Assembly: GCA_040768585.1 (NCBI GenBank)
Contig: JAXGMQ010000001.1
Span: forward strand, 2,059,224 to 2,123,223
Direction: 5' to 3'
Source of the DNA: Caldisericia bacterium
GTDB taxonomy: Bacteria; Caldisericota; Caldisericia; JAAYUI01
DNA length: 64,000 nucleotides
The translations under genes were made by a program, and so were the position numbers. Numbering within the stretch: position 1 is the first letter of the stretch; the number at the start of each line of letters is the position of its first letter. Shown piece after piece: positions 47,151-56,531 of this stretch. A model generated the notes under the pieces. That model made no database searches. It saw only the letters and a program-made list of their open reading frames with translations, and was not told where the DNA came from.

Positions 47151-49728
47151 TGTTTTTTGGTCGGTTATAAGGATCGGTGTGGTAATCGGGGTTCTGGCGC
47201 TTGTTGTCGGAACCTTCTACATTTATAGGATTGTTGGCGACATCCAGGCTACTTTGCCAGATCTCTCCAAGGAAACTAAGCCTCCTGTTGCATCTCAGGT
47301 TTATGATAAAGACGGAAATCTTATTGGAACGTTTTTCTTTGAGAAAAGATATTTCGTCAAGCTAGACCAGATAAGCCAGGAATTCAAAAATACTATCATC
47401 TCTGCTGAGGATGAGCGTTTTTATATGCACAGAGGTTTCGATGTGAGGGGACTCTTGAGGGTAGTGTGGTATAAGATGACTCGTGGTGGACTTATGCCAG
47501 GAGCTTCAACCATCACCCAACAGGTCGCAAGGTCTGACCTATATTTAAACCAGTCAGAGAGAACGGTTGAGAGAAAAATCACCGAGATTTTCTTAGCCTA
47601 TCAACTTGAGAGAAGATACACAAAGGATGAGATTCTCGAAGTTTATTGCAACCAAGTGCCTTTTGGCTCTGGAGCATACGGCATTGAAGCTGCGGCAAGG
47701 GTGTATTTTGGTAAGAACGCAAAGGATCTTGACTATGCCGAGTCTGCAATGCTCTGTGGGTTGTTGCCTGCACCAAGTATCCACAACCCGAAGGTCAACC
47801 CTGAGATCGCCAAGGAAAACCAACTCAATGTTTTGAGAAAGCTTCACGACAACGGCTACATAACCGAGGAACAGCGCCAGGAAATGGCTGAGAGAGAGTT
47901 GGACTACAAGAGCTATTCAGAGATTCAATATCGAGACAATGTGAATTACTTTGTCGATTATGTGAAGATTCAGATGGAGAAACGCTTTGCTGATGACAAA
48001 GATATCCTTGTCGAGGGTGGACTGAAAATTCACACAACGATTGATATGAATTTTCAGAAGAATGCAGAGATGGCAGTTGAAGAGTTTGTGTACTTCAAGG
48101 AAAACAAGGAATACGGCTGGAACGGAGCCTTTGTCAAGGGAATCAAAGACGATAAGGGTGTTGTTCAGCCTCAGTGCTGCATTGTTTCGCTCAATCCAAA
48201 AACCGGTTCCATCATCAGTATGATGGGTGGAAGAAACTATAACGATTCAGAATACAACAGGGCGGTAGCAAGACAGAGACCTGGCTCGTCATTCAAGATA
48301 TTTGATTATTCAGCTGCTTTAGATAGTGGTTCTGCAACCCTTGGCACCGTATTCATGTCTGACTTGTTTGAGGTCGAGGGATATACCCCTGGTGAGTGGA
48401 GTACAGGTCTAGAGAGGTATGGTCCGCTTCTTACGAGGTATGCTCTAGAAAAATCATCAAATATGTGTGCGCTGAGAGCCGGTTTGAGACCTGGCTTAGA
48501 AAGAGTTGTATATACAGCAAACAAGATGGGTATCACCACTACACTAGAGCCGTTCTATTCACTGACCGTTGGTGGAACTGACGTTAAACCTCTTGATATG
48601 GCAAGTGCCTATGGAACACTCGCTACAATGGGTGTTTACAACGAACCATACGCAATCGAGCGTGTTGAATCTTCTGATGGTCGGGTGATATATGAACATA
48701 AGCTCAACCCGGTAAGGGTTTTGCCTGAGAAGGTAGCGTGGCTTCTAACAAGAGCGTTCAATCATGTTCATGAGTCTCACTACCACATTGATGTCGATTT
48801 TGACCTTGCTGGCAAAACCGGTACATCTGGTGACTTCATTGCATCATGGTACTGCTTCTATTCACCAGATATTGCCACAGCGACATATGTTGGAGTTGAC
48901 GACAACAAGCTTGCAAAAAAAGCAATATCTGGCCCCAACTGGGGAGCGACTGTCGCCGAACCACTTGCTATAAAATACTATCTCCTCAAATGCTACAAAG
49001 ACCCCAACTGTATCATCCCCCCCAACCATTTCCCAGAGAAACCCGAAGGCATCACATCAGCCACAGTGTGCAAACTCTCAGGTCAACTTGTGACAGAGTA
49101 TTGCCCAGAGAAAGATCGCTCGACTGAGTACTTCCTAGAGGGAACTGTCCCAACTGATTATTGCACCTATCATCTTGAACCCAAAAAGCTCCTCCCTGTA
49201 GTTATTGGTGATGATGGAGCTATTTATAAACCAAAAGAAGACTGGCAGTGGTGCCCAACGGTTGAGCGTGAGATGACTCTCCGAGAGTATAACCGGCTGC
49301 CAATTGTTGATGTTGAAACCTGCCCGGCTGTTCTTGAGAATTTCTGTTGGACTCAAGAGGGTGGAGAGGGTCAATGTGACACCAAGAATCTGAGGTTTAT
49401 TCGAGGAGACGATGGAAAGGTCGTTGTAGACCTATCGTTTAATATAGCGGATGAGTTCTTTGGTCAGGTCACTGAAGTCACCATCTTTTGGGAAGGAGTC
49501 CAAGCCAAGCAGTGGAAGGTGGGAGACTACGACTACGATAGGGAGAAAATGATCGAGCTGAACGATTTGAGGGGAACTCTTGCGTACAGACTCGAGGCGC
49601 ACGTTGATATGCCACCTGAGGGCTCAATACCAATTCAGATCATTGAGGTGCAGCTTCGAGGTCCGGGCAATTTCTATAAAAAACTCACATACTACGCCGA
49701 GATAGTGAAGGAATACAGCACAGACTAG
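47026..49728 (+). CDS. Class A penicillin-binding protein (PBP1A family: GT51 transglycosylase plus transpeptidase) with a Cys-rich C-terminal extension.
   Basis: GT51 motifs ISAEDERFYMHRGFD and TITQQVAR. The transpeptidase domain follows. The first codon of the ORF is TTG 47026, so the 5' end overlaps the topB 3' end by 125 nt. There is no in-frame ATG before the transmembrane helix. Confidence 0.8.
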   Translation: MSLNQGNHEQELKNLQQKREQPGKQLPEKQQRRREQRKKALDVFWSVIRIGVVIGVLALVVGTFYIYRIVGDIQATLPDLSKETKPPVASQVYDKDGNLIGTFFFEKRYFVKLDQISQEFKNTIISAEDERFYMHRGFDVRGLLRVVWYKMTRGGLMPGASTITQQVARSDLYLNQSERTVERKITEIFLAYQLERRYTKDEILEVYCNQVPFGSGAYGIEAAARVYFGKNAKDLDYAESAMLCGLLPAPSIHNPKVNPEIAKENQLNVLRKLHDNGYITEEQRQEMAERELDYKSYSEIQYRDNVNYFVDYVKIQMEKRFADDKDILVEGGLKIHTTIDMNFQKNAEMAVEEFVYFKENKEYGWNGAFVKGIKDDKGVVQPQCCIVSLNPKTGSIISMMGGRNYNDSEYNRAVARQRPGSSFKIFDYSAALDSGSATLGTVFMSDLFEVEGYTPGEWSTGLERYGPLLTRYALEKSSNMCALRAGLRPGLERVVYTANKMGITTTLEPFYSLTVGGTDVKPLDMASAYGTLATMGVYNEPYAIERVESSDGRVIYEHKLNPVRVLPEKVAWLLTRAFNHVHESHYHIDVDFDLAGKTGTSGDFIASWYCFYSPDIATATYVGVDDNKLAKKAISGPNWGATVAEPLAIKYYLLKCYKDPNCIIPPNHFPEKPEGITSATVCKLSGQLVTEYCPEKDRSTEYFLEGTVPTDYCTYHLEPKKLLPVVIGDDGAIYKPKEDWQWCPTVEREMTLREYNRLPIVDVETCPAVLENFCWTQEGGEGQCDTKNLRFIRGDDGKVVVDLSFNIADEFFGQVTEVTIFWEGVQAKQWKVGDYDYDREKMIELNDLRGTLAYRLEAHVDMPPEGSIPIQIIEVQLRGPGNFYKKLTYYAEIVKEYSTD

Positions 49729-49733
49729 ACAAC

Positions 49734-52415
49734 ATGAGAAGATTGCCCACAAGAATTCCGAGGTTTCAGAGAAAAAGAACAAAGAGTAAAGCATTCGCAA
49801 CAACTGTGATATTGTTCCTTGTTCTCGTTGTGACTTCGGGAGGGGCTTATTTCTCTATAATTGCGAGTCAACACCAGGACGAGGTGCTTCGCAAGGTTGT
49901 CGATACCCCACGCAACAAGGTTAGAGAAACCAATAGAGTGTATGATATCTATGGCAACCTCATACACGAGTTTCACTTTGGTGAGGACAGGCTCTATGTC
50001 TCGCTTGATGAAATCCCAAAACATGCCCAGCAAGCAATTATTGCGGCTGAAGACATAAGATTTTACTCCCACCCCGGATATGACATAAAGGCAATCATCA
50101 GAGCTGCTGTTGCAAACCTTCAAGCTGGCGGTATCGCCGAGGGTGGTTCGACAATCACCCAACAGCTTGCACGAAATGTCTATATTCACGACCCCTTCCA
50201 GCAGTCTTTCATGAGGAAGATTGATGAGCTCATTATTGCGACGAGACTGGAGCAGGATTACACGAAGGATGAGATACTTGAGTTTTATCTGAATGTAGTG
50301 TATTTCGGTTCAGGTGCCTACGGCATCCAGTCTGCGGCAAAGAAGTACTTCGGCAAAACAGACGTATCCAAACTCACCGTCGATGAGTCTGCTCTTCTTG
50401 CGGGACTCATTTCATCGCCATCAAATTTCAGTCCGTATGTCAGTATGGATAATGCGGTAGCTCAGAGAAAACTAGTTCTTGGGAAGATGGTTGAGGCAGG
50501 TTTCATAACAAGCACTGAAGCAGATGAGATTGATAAAAAGCCGGTTATTCTGAATCCATATTCAATTCAGTTGCAGGCAGGCTCTTCCATTAATTATTTC
50601 CTCGATTATGTGAAAGAGGAGATTCTCTTAAAGTGTGACCTGAACTTTTCGGACATTGAAAAGGGTGGATTGGACATATACACAACCATCAACCAGCAGT
50701 ATCAGGTCTATGCTGATGAGGCTATCGCGAGTGTGCTTGATCCCGCTCAGGCAAGGGGAGAATTTGGTAAGACCAAACTTGACAAATTGGGTGTTTTGCA
50801 GCCCCAAACAGCCCTTGCAGCAGTTGATGCAGATACCGGAAGGATTGTTGCCATGGTCGGGGGTAGGGACTACAAGAACACCCAGTTCAACAGAACTGTT
50901 GCGCTTCGAAGTCCTGGATCATCTTTCAAGATAATCGTCTACACGACTGCCTTAAACCTTGGAAGACTCTCGCCATACAGCAGACTGGTCTCAGCTCCAT
51001 TCTCAATCGGTTCCTGGAAGCCTCGCGAGTGGTTCAGTGGGTACTTCGGTAATATCTCTGTCCGTTATGCTGTTGAACAATCAAGCAATATTGCGGCAAT
51101 TAAAGCAGCGCTAATGGCTGGGTTATCAAACGTTTCTTCAATGGCTCAAAAATTGTGTGGCATCAAAAACCGAGAGATTCTTGCGGTGCCGTCAATGGCA
51201 TTGGGTTCGGTTGAGATGAAACCTCTTGAGATGGCGTCCGCTGGTCAAACCCTGTCCTATCTGGGAACTCACATCGATGCCCATTCTGTTTTGCGGGTGG
51301 TCAACCGCAAAAATAAAAAAGTCATCTACAATGTGAATGATTATCTCGGTGATATGACAAGACAGGTTGTTGACCCTGGTATTGCGTATGACATGGTCGA
51401 TATGCTAAAAGGTGTTGTCACGAGAGGCACAGGAACGACGGCAAGAGTTTATGGTGTGCCGTGCGCGGGCAAAACTGGAACGACCGCATCCTACAGGGAC
51501 GGATGGTTTGTTGGTTTTACCCCAGAGGTATCAGCCGCTGTTTATGTTGGCTCTGACTCGAAGGATGTTGATTTGTCCTATGTCAGAAACTATGGCTCAA
51601 AATACTCCGCAGTGATTTGGAGGGAGTTCATCAAGAAGGTGTCTCAGGGCAAAAAGATTGCTGACTGGAAAGACCCGAACCCGAAGGATTTCGTGTCTCT
51701 TCGGATTTGCAGAGAAACAGGACTTATAGCAAATTCTACTTGTCAATATGACATAATAAGATTCAGAAAAGGGCTGCAACCAACGGAAAAATGCCCCAAG
51801 GATCACCCAAAGATGGTGAAGGTCACAATCTGCGCTGAGACTGGGCTTATTGCCAACGAGTATTGTAAGAACAAACAAACTATTGAGTTTGAAGAGGGGA
51901 AGCAACCAACAGAGGTTTGTACACTTCACAAGAAACCAGAAGAGAAGAAACCAACACAACCGGATAACGGCAACAAACCAACACCAACTCCGAAACCAAA
52001 ACCAGATAACCCGACACCTACCCCCACCCCAATACCGACACCAGAACCTACTCCAACACCCACTCCGACTCCAACGCCGACACCAGAACCTACCCCGACC
52101 CCAACTCCAACACCAGAACCTACTCCAACCCCTCCACCTCCAGTCAAAAACTATTATTTCTTTGTCAATATATCTCCTCCAAACTCCTGTAGGTTGGGTG
52201 ACGTTGTAAGGTGTAACTATAGCTTCAACTACGAGAATGTTGGTTGGGTCAGTATGTTTGCAAATGGTGTCTCGATTGGCGTCTCATCAAGCCCCCCCTG
52301 GTCTGTAATCTGGAGACCATCAGGCTCAGGCAGCTTCAGTCTGCTGTTCGTCCTCTACAGCAAGAGTGGGTCGAGGCTTGCTGAATACAGTGTTGGTTAC
52401 ACGGTGTATCCATGA
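49734..52415 (+). CDS. Second class A penicillin-binding protein (PBP1A family) with a Pro/Thr-rich linker and a C-terminal Ig-like domain.
   Basis: GT51 motifs IIAAEDIRFYSHPGYD and GGSTITQQLARN. Two tandem Cys-triad modules (ICRETGLIANSTCQY...PTEKC and ICAETGLIANEYCKN...PTEVC). A PTPTPEPTP linker. Confidence 0.8.
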   Translation: MRRLPTRIPRFQRKRTKSKAFATTVILFLVLVVTSGGAYFSIIASQHQDEVLRKVVDTPRNKVRETNRVYDIYGNLIHEFHFGEDRLYVSLDEIPKHAQQAIIAAEDIRFYSHPGYDIKAIIRAAVANLQAGGIAEGGSTITQQLARNVYIHDPFQQSFMRKIDELIIATRLEQDYTKDEILEFYLNVVYFGSGAYGIQSAAKKYFGKTDVSKLTVDESALLAGLISSPSNFSPYVSMDNAVAQRKLVLGKMVEAGFITSTEADEIDKKPVILNPYSIQLQAGSSINYFLDYVKEEILLKCDLNFSDIEKGGLDIYTTINQQYQVYADEAIASVLDPAQARGEFGKTKLDKLGVLQPQTALAAVDADTGRIVAMVGGRDYKNTQFNRTVALRSPGSSFKIIVYTTALNLGRLSPYSRLVSAPFSIGSWKPREWFSGYFGNISVRYAVEQSSNIAAIKAALMAGLSNVSSMAQKLCGIKNREILAVPSMALGSVEMKPLEMASAGQTLSYLGTHIDAHSVLRVVNRKNKKVIYNVNDYLGDMTRQVVDPGIAYDMVDMLKGVVTRGTGTTARVYGVPCAGKTGTTASYRDGWFVGFTPEVSAAVYVGSDSKDVDLSYVRNYGSKYSAVIWREFIKKVSQGKKIADWKDPNPKDFVSLRICRETGLIANSTCQYDIIRFRKGLQPTEKCPKDHPKMVKVTICAETGLIANEYCKNKQTIEFEEGKQPTEVCTLHKKPEEKKPTQPDNGNKPTPTPKPKPDNPTPTPTPIPTPEPTPTPTPTPTPTPEPTPTPTPTPEPTPTPPPPVKNYYFFVNISPPNSCRLGDVVRCNYSFNYENVGWVSMFANGVSIGVSSSPPWSVIWRPSGSGSFSLLFVLYSKSGSRLAEYSVGYTVYP
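51975..52140 (+). repeat. Tandem nucleotide repeats encoding the Pro-Thr/Pro-Glu linker inside the second PBP gene.
   Basis: Repeated ccgacaccagaacctactccaacacc units, translated as PTPEPTPTPTPT. Coding, not CRISPR. Confidence 0.7.
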
Positions 52416-53020
52416 TGGGAATGTTTGTAGCATTCGAAGGCATTGATGGATGTGGTAAATCCACCCAGACAAAGCTGCTTGAGAGGAGATTAAAAGAACT
52501 CGGTAAAAAGGTGCTTCTAACGAGAGAGCCAGGCGGCACAAAGGTTGGAGAGATAATCAGAAACGCTCTGTTCAACAATGAGATTGATCCCTTAACAGAG
52601 GTGTTTCTTTTCGCTGCTGACAGGTGCGCCCATATCAATTCTCTGGTTAAACCAATGCTTGATGACGGATATATTGTCATTTCAGACAGACACCTTTTGT
52701 CATCAGTTGTTTATCAGGGGATTGCCAAGGGTGTTGGCGCTCGAAAGGTACTTGAAATCAACAAATATGCGGTTTCCAACATCAAACCGAATGTCACATT
52801 TGTGCTTGATATGCCTGTTGACATAGCCCTTGAAAGAGTGCAAAATGCAAACAGATTCGAGTCGCGAGAGCTTCAGGGGCGAGTCAGAGAAGGCTTTTTG
52901 GAGCTATCCTCTTCGGATTATTTTGAAAATGTGATTCTTTTGGATGCAACAGGTGACAAGGATACGGTTGCCTGTCGCGTGTGGGATGTATTCTCACAGA
53001 TATATGGAGGTTGTATTTAA
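52412..53020 (+). CDS. tmk: Thymidylate kinase.
   Basis: FVAFEGIDGCGKSTQ P-loop. ATGA overlap with the upstream PBP gene. 202 aa. Confidence 0.9.
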   Translation: MMGMFVAFEGIDGCGKSTQTKLLERRLKELGKKVLLTREPGGTKVGEIIRNALFNNEIDPLTEVFLFAADRCAHINSLVKPMLDDGYIVISDRHLLSSVVYQGIAKGVGARKVLEINKYAVSNIKPNVTFVLDMPVDIALERVQNANRFESRELQGRVREGFLELSSSDYFENVILLDATGDKDTVACRVWDVFSQIYGGCI

Positions 53021-53349
53021 TGAAGCTAGTGGTGGCAATCGTTCAGCAGGAGGATTCCACGGATATAACAACAGAACTTCTCCAGAATGGGTATAAAATT
53101 ACGAAGCTAAAAGGATATGGCGGCTTTCTGGAGGAGGGAAATGTGGTGTTGATGCTTGGAGTTGAAGACACCCATGTGACTAAAGTTATCCAAATTTTTA
53201 AAGGTATATGCACTTCAAGAGATCGTTACATCAATGCGCTGCCTTTTGTGCCGCTTGAGGGTATGCCTCCGCTATCATTCCCTGTGAAGGTGAGTGTCGG
53301 TGGAGCAAAGATTTTTGTGTTACCGGTCGATGAGTTTCACGTATTGTAG
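53020..53349 (+). CDS. darA: PII-like c-di-AMP receptor DarA/YaaQ-like protein (DUF970).
   Basis: About 110 aa with a PII-like fold (MKLVVAIVQQEDSTDITTELLQNGYKITKLKGYGGFL). TAATG overlap with the tmk stop, with a GGAGG ribosome-binding site. It sits at the position between tmk and holB that Firmicutes conserve. Confidence 0.6.
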   Translation: MKLVVAIVQQEDSTDITTELLQNGYKITKLKGYGGFLEEGNVVLMLGVEDTHVTKVIQIFKGICTSRDRYINALPFVPLEGMPPLSFPVKVSVGGAKIFVLPVDEFHVL

Positions 53350-53355
53350 TCGAAG

Positions 53356-54294
53356 ATGTCCCTGTCTGAAATCGGTTTAAATGATTCCTTTATAGGAAGG
53401 ATAAAGACGCATATTGCGTCTGGAAAACTTGGGAAAAGCTACATTTTGTGTGGTTCTTCCGAGGGTGTTCTGCTTGAGTTTTCAAGAGCCTTCGCTAAGG
53501 CAATTGTATGTGAGGAATCCCTCGATGATTTTTGTGGAGAGTGCCACGATTGTAAGATGATATCCGCTCTTTCCCATCCTGATATAAGCATCTACACAAC
53601 CGACAAAAGCACCATTGGGATTGAGATCGCTAGGAAGATTCAAGAGGATTCATCCCAGACAACGTATCGTTCGAGAAGAAGGGTCAACATAATTCCCGAT
53701 GCGCACCTCATGACAATTCAGGCACAAAATGCGCTTCTTAAGACACTTGAAGATGGCACAAGGAACTGTGTGACGCTGCTGGCAACAACAAACCCTGACA
53801 GAATCCTTGATACTATCCACTCTCGAAGCATCACAATAAAACTACCCCCCAAGACTGCAGAGAGCATTGTTGACAACCTCGAAAAGCTGGGCGTAAGCAG
53901 AGATATTGTTTTGTCAGAATCGGAGCAATCATCGGATGATATCAGATGGATTGAGTGGTTTTTTCAAAACAGAGAAGCCGCGCAATCCATTGTCGATGTC
54001 TTTGAAAGTGGCGATGTTAACTTTGCTGACATAATGATACAAATTGAGAATACAAACTTGTTAGACGGAATTTCATTGGTTTTACCGCAGATTATTGTAA
54101 GATCATATAGGCTGAAGAGTGGGATTGAGATTGATTCACCACTTTTAGGAAAATCAGCAAATAAACTTGCAAAACTCGATGATGCTAGGTTCGATGCATT
54201 CATTGAAGAGTATAGGAATATAGAGAGATTATGGACGACACAAACACGGAAATCATCATTGGTGCAGACAACACTAATGAACCTTTGGATATAG
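53356..54294 (+). CDS. holB: DNA polymerase III delta' subunit (holB).
   Basis: AAA+ clamp-loader fold with the Zn module CGECHDCKMI, plus its position in the synteny. Confidence 0.75.
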   Translation: MSLSEIGLNDSFIGRIKTHIASGKLGKSYILCGSSEGVLLEFSRAFAKAIVCEESLDDFCGECHDCKMISALSHPDISIYTTDKSTIGIEIARKIQEDSSQTTYRSRRRVNIIPDAHLMTIQAQNALLKTLEDGTRNCVTLLATTNPDRILDTIHSRSITIKLPPKTAESIVDNLEKLGVSRDIVLSESEQSSDDIRWIEWFFQNREAAQSIVDVFESGDVNFADIMIQIENTNLLDGISLVLPQIIVRSYRLKSGIEIDSPLLGKSANKLAKLDDARFDAFIEEYRNIERLWTTQTRKSSLVQTTLMNLWI

Positions 54295-55778
54295 TTTCAA
54301 TAAGGTTTAAAGGTAACAGGAAGTGCTATCATTTCAGAAGCGGGGGGATAAGACTCAACCCCGGTGACGCAGTCATTGCCTCGACAGACAAAGGAATAGA
54401 CCTGGGTCATGTCAGGTATTCACCGAATGCCCCAAAGAATATTGAAGGATTGAAAATAATCCTACGGAAGGCGACTCAGAGCGACCTGCAAAGAGCAAAA
54501 GAGAACGAGGAGTTTGAGCTTAAAACACGCCTCGCAGCGCAGGAAGAAGCAAAAGAATTGAAGCTTGACATGCAGTTTCTTGTTTGCACCTATTCGCTTG
54601 ACAGAAAGCGCGCAACCCTCTACTTCACAGCAGAGGGAAGAGTCGACTTCCGAGAATTGGTTCGAAGGTTGGCAAAAAAACTCCATGTTAGGGTGGAACT
54701 CTGGCAGATCGGACAACGGGACGAAACAAGGCTGTTTGGTGGAATCGGCCCATGCAATAGAGAATTTTGCTGTTCCGCCTTCCTCTCAAACAGAGAATCA
54801 GTCACCGTAAAAGATGCCAAAACACAGAAACTTGATATCAACCCCCAAAAAATAACAGGCATGTGCGGGAAACTCATGTGTTGCTTGAAGTTCGAGGTTG
54901 AGGAATACAAGGCTAAGCTGGAAGTCCTTCCTGAAGAGGGCGAGACAGTCAGAGTTGGAGATGTCTTTGGAGTAGTGATAAATGTCAATCCTTTCATGGG
55001 CACAATGCAAATTTCGTTTGGTGAGAACAAGGAAATAGCCACTCACGAAGCGAAAGATGTTCATCGCAAAATAGACAATGAGTGGACTCCATGTGTACCT
55101 GAGGATTCAGACCTGTTTGTGAAGAAGTGTGAAAAATGCAAACCTTCGCAGTATTCGTTTGCACTTGACTCATTTAATGAACCGTCAGAATCGCAAATCC
55201 AAACTGATGAACCGATTGAAAAGAAACATTACGAGCAGAATCGCACAAAGAGAGATTTCTCTCAAAACAAGCACGCTGCGACAAATGAAAAGAAATCGGT
55301 TGGTTCTCCGTTCCCGGAGCCAAATGATGCATCAAATTCATCCCAGGCTTCGAAACCACCGTTCCCCAAACCCAGCGCGAAACCACCTTTTCCTGCGCCA
55401 AACACAAAATCTCCATTCCCAGAACCAAATCCAAACGCAAAATCATGGATAAAAGACAAGGACAAAAAAGGGCATGGTAAACGATTTGAGGGTAGCAGAG
55501 ACTCCAATAAATCAACGATAGACTCGAAATCTGAACATGAATCGAAGACAGATCAAAACAAAAAAAGAGGAAAGTGGCATTCTAACAACCCCAACAGAAA
55601 CCAGAAAACGGGGCAACACTCAGGAAAAACCGATAATACTAACAGAGAACACCAAACTGGCAGGAATCCAAACGAACATCAGAAGTCAAAGAAACTGAAG
55701 GATATCAATAAATACCTGTCAGGTAAGAGAAAGCACATCGATAAGAGAGAAGACAACAAAGGCAGCAGCCAGAGTTAG
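54231..55778 (+). CDS. ricT: PSP1-domain protein YaaT/RicT homolog with a roughly 230-aa low-complexity basic C-terminal extension.
   Basis: The PSP1 N-terminus DIVSIRFKGNRKCYHFRSGGIRLNPGD aligns with B. subtilis YaaT (MYDVIGVRFKKAGKIYYFDPNGF). The likely true start is TTG 54285 (M-DIVSIRF). The ORF track starts at ATG 54231, which would overlap holB by 64 nt. The C-terminal tail carries KPPFP/SPFPEPN repeats. Confidence 0.7.
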   Translation: MDDTNTEIIIGADNTNEPLDIVSIRFKGNRKCYHFRSGGIRLNPGDAVIASTDKGIDLGHVRYSPNAPKNIEGLKIILRKATQSDLQRAKENEEFELKTRLAAQEEAKELKLDMQFLVCTYSLDRKRATLYFTAEGRVDFRELVRRLAKKLHVRVELWQIGQRDETRLFGGIGPCNREFCCSAFLSNRESVTVKDAKTQKLDINPQKITGMCGKLMCCLKFEVEEYKAKLEVLPEEGETVRVGDVFGVVINVNPFMGTMQISFGENKEIATHEAKDVHRKIDNEWTPCVPEDSDLFVKKCEKCKPSQYSFALDSFNEPSESQIQTDEPIEKKHYEQNRTKRDFSQNKHAATNEKKSVGSPFPEPNDASNSSQASKPPFPKPSAKPPFPAPNTKSPFPEPNPNAKSWIKDKDKKGHGKRFEGSRDSNKSTIDSKSEHESKTDQNKKRGKWHSNNPNRNQKTGQHSGKTDNTNREHQTGRNPNEHQKSKKLKDINKYLSGKRKHIDKREDNKGSSQS

Positions 55779-55795
55779 TATTGTTTATTCAGTCC

Positions 55796-56506
55796 TCAGT
55801 TTGACACTTTTGCCACAATGGTCACACCGCCTGTGACATGGTCTCCGACCTTCGTGTTGATTTTGTAGTTTGTGCCATAGAGCATAAGGTCAACCTGTGA
55901 ACCTCTTTTGATGAAGCTAATTTTTTGACCGAGACTGATGGTTTCTTCATTTTTGACAAAACAGTCAATCTTGTTGACAACCTTATCGGCAATCTCAACC
56001 ATCGCTAGCTTACACTTGCTTGACTCAATAACCACAGTGTTTCTCTCGTTCTGCAAATGAAATTTCCTGCCAAGAAGGTTTACTGCTCTGCGAAGCCACA
56101 CAAACTGAATATACTCCCAGAGGTCAACCATCGGAAGATTGAGCTTTGCCTGAGTGTGAGTGATAGATGTAATTTTTCCACCGATTGGGGCATAGTTAAA
56201 ATGAACGTCAAATGGAGACATATAAATACCAATAAGGATTCCCGTTTTTGGCGCGTCCTTGGATTTGCTTATTTCTGTGACTTCAATCTTTGTATCAAGC
56301 TTCTCACAGATAACCTTACCATCCGTGATTTCTTTTACGTACATAACCCTGCCGCAACAGGGTGCGATGATGGTGCTCCCATCATCCTCAGGTGAATTTA
56401 TCTTTGGGTCTCGGAAAAACCAGATGTTCCTTTTCCAATGTTGAAAGATAATCTCTCCAACGATAAAAACAGCAATCGAGCCAAGAGTCCACCAGAGCCA
56501 AGTCAT
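55796..56506 (-). CDS. psd: Phosphatidylserine decarboxylase-like protein (short archaeal/Firmicutes-type).
   Basis: N-terminal transmembrane segment. C-terminal LGQKISFIKRGSQVDLML matches the G..lG..F..GS.V.l pattern around the self-cleavage site (GSQ here rather than GST). Confidence 0.5.
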   Translation of the reverse strand: MTWLWWTLGSIAVFIVGEIIFQHWKRNIWFFRDPKINSPEDDGSTIIAPCCGRVMYVKEITDGKVICEKLDTKIEVTEISKSKDAPKTGILIGIYMSPFDVHFNYAPIGGKITSITHTQAKLNLPMVDLWEYIQFVWLRRAVNLLGRKFHLQNERNTVVIESSKCKLAMVEIADKVVNKIDCFVKNEETISLGQKISFIKRGSQVDLMLYGTNYKINTKVGDHVTGGVTIVAKVSN

Positions 56507-56531
56507 TCTGTTGTCACCTCACAAAACAAAA

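Noticed and set aside
51975-52140. Short tandem nucleotide repeats that could be mistaken for a CRISPR-like or minisatellite array.
   Set aside because: The repeats are in-frame coding sequence for a Pro-Thr/Pro-Glu linker in the second PBP. There is no spacer–repeat architecture and no cas genes.
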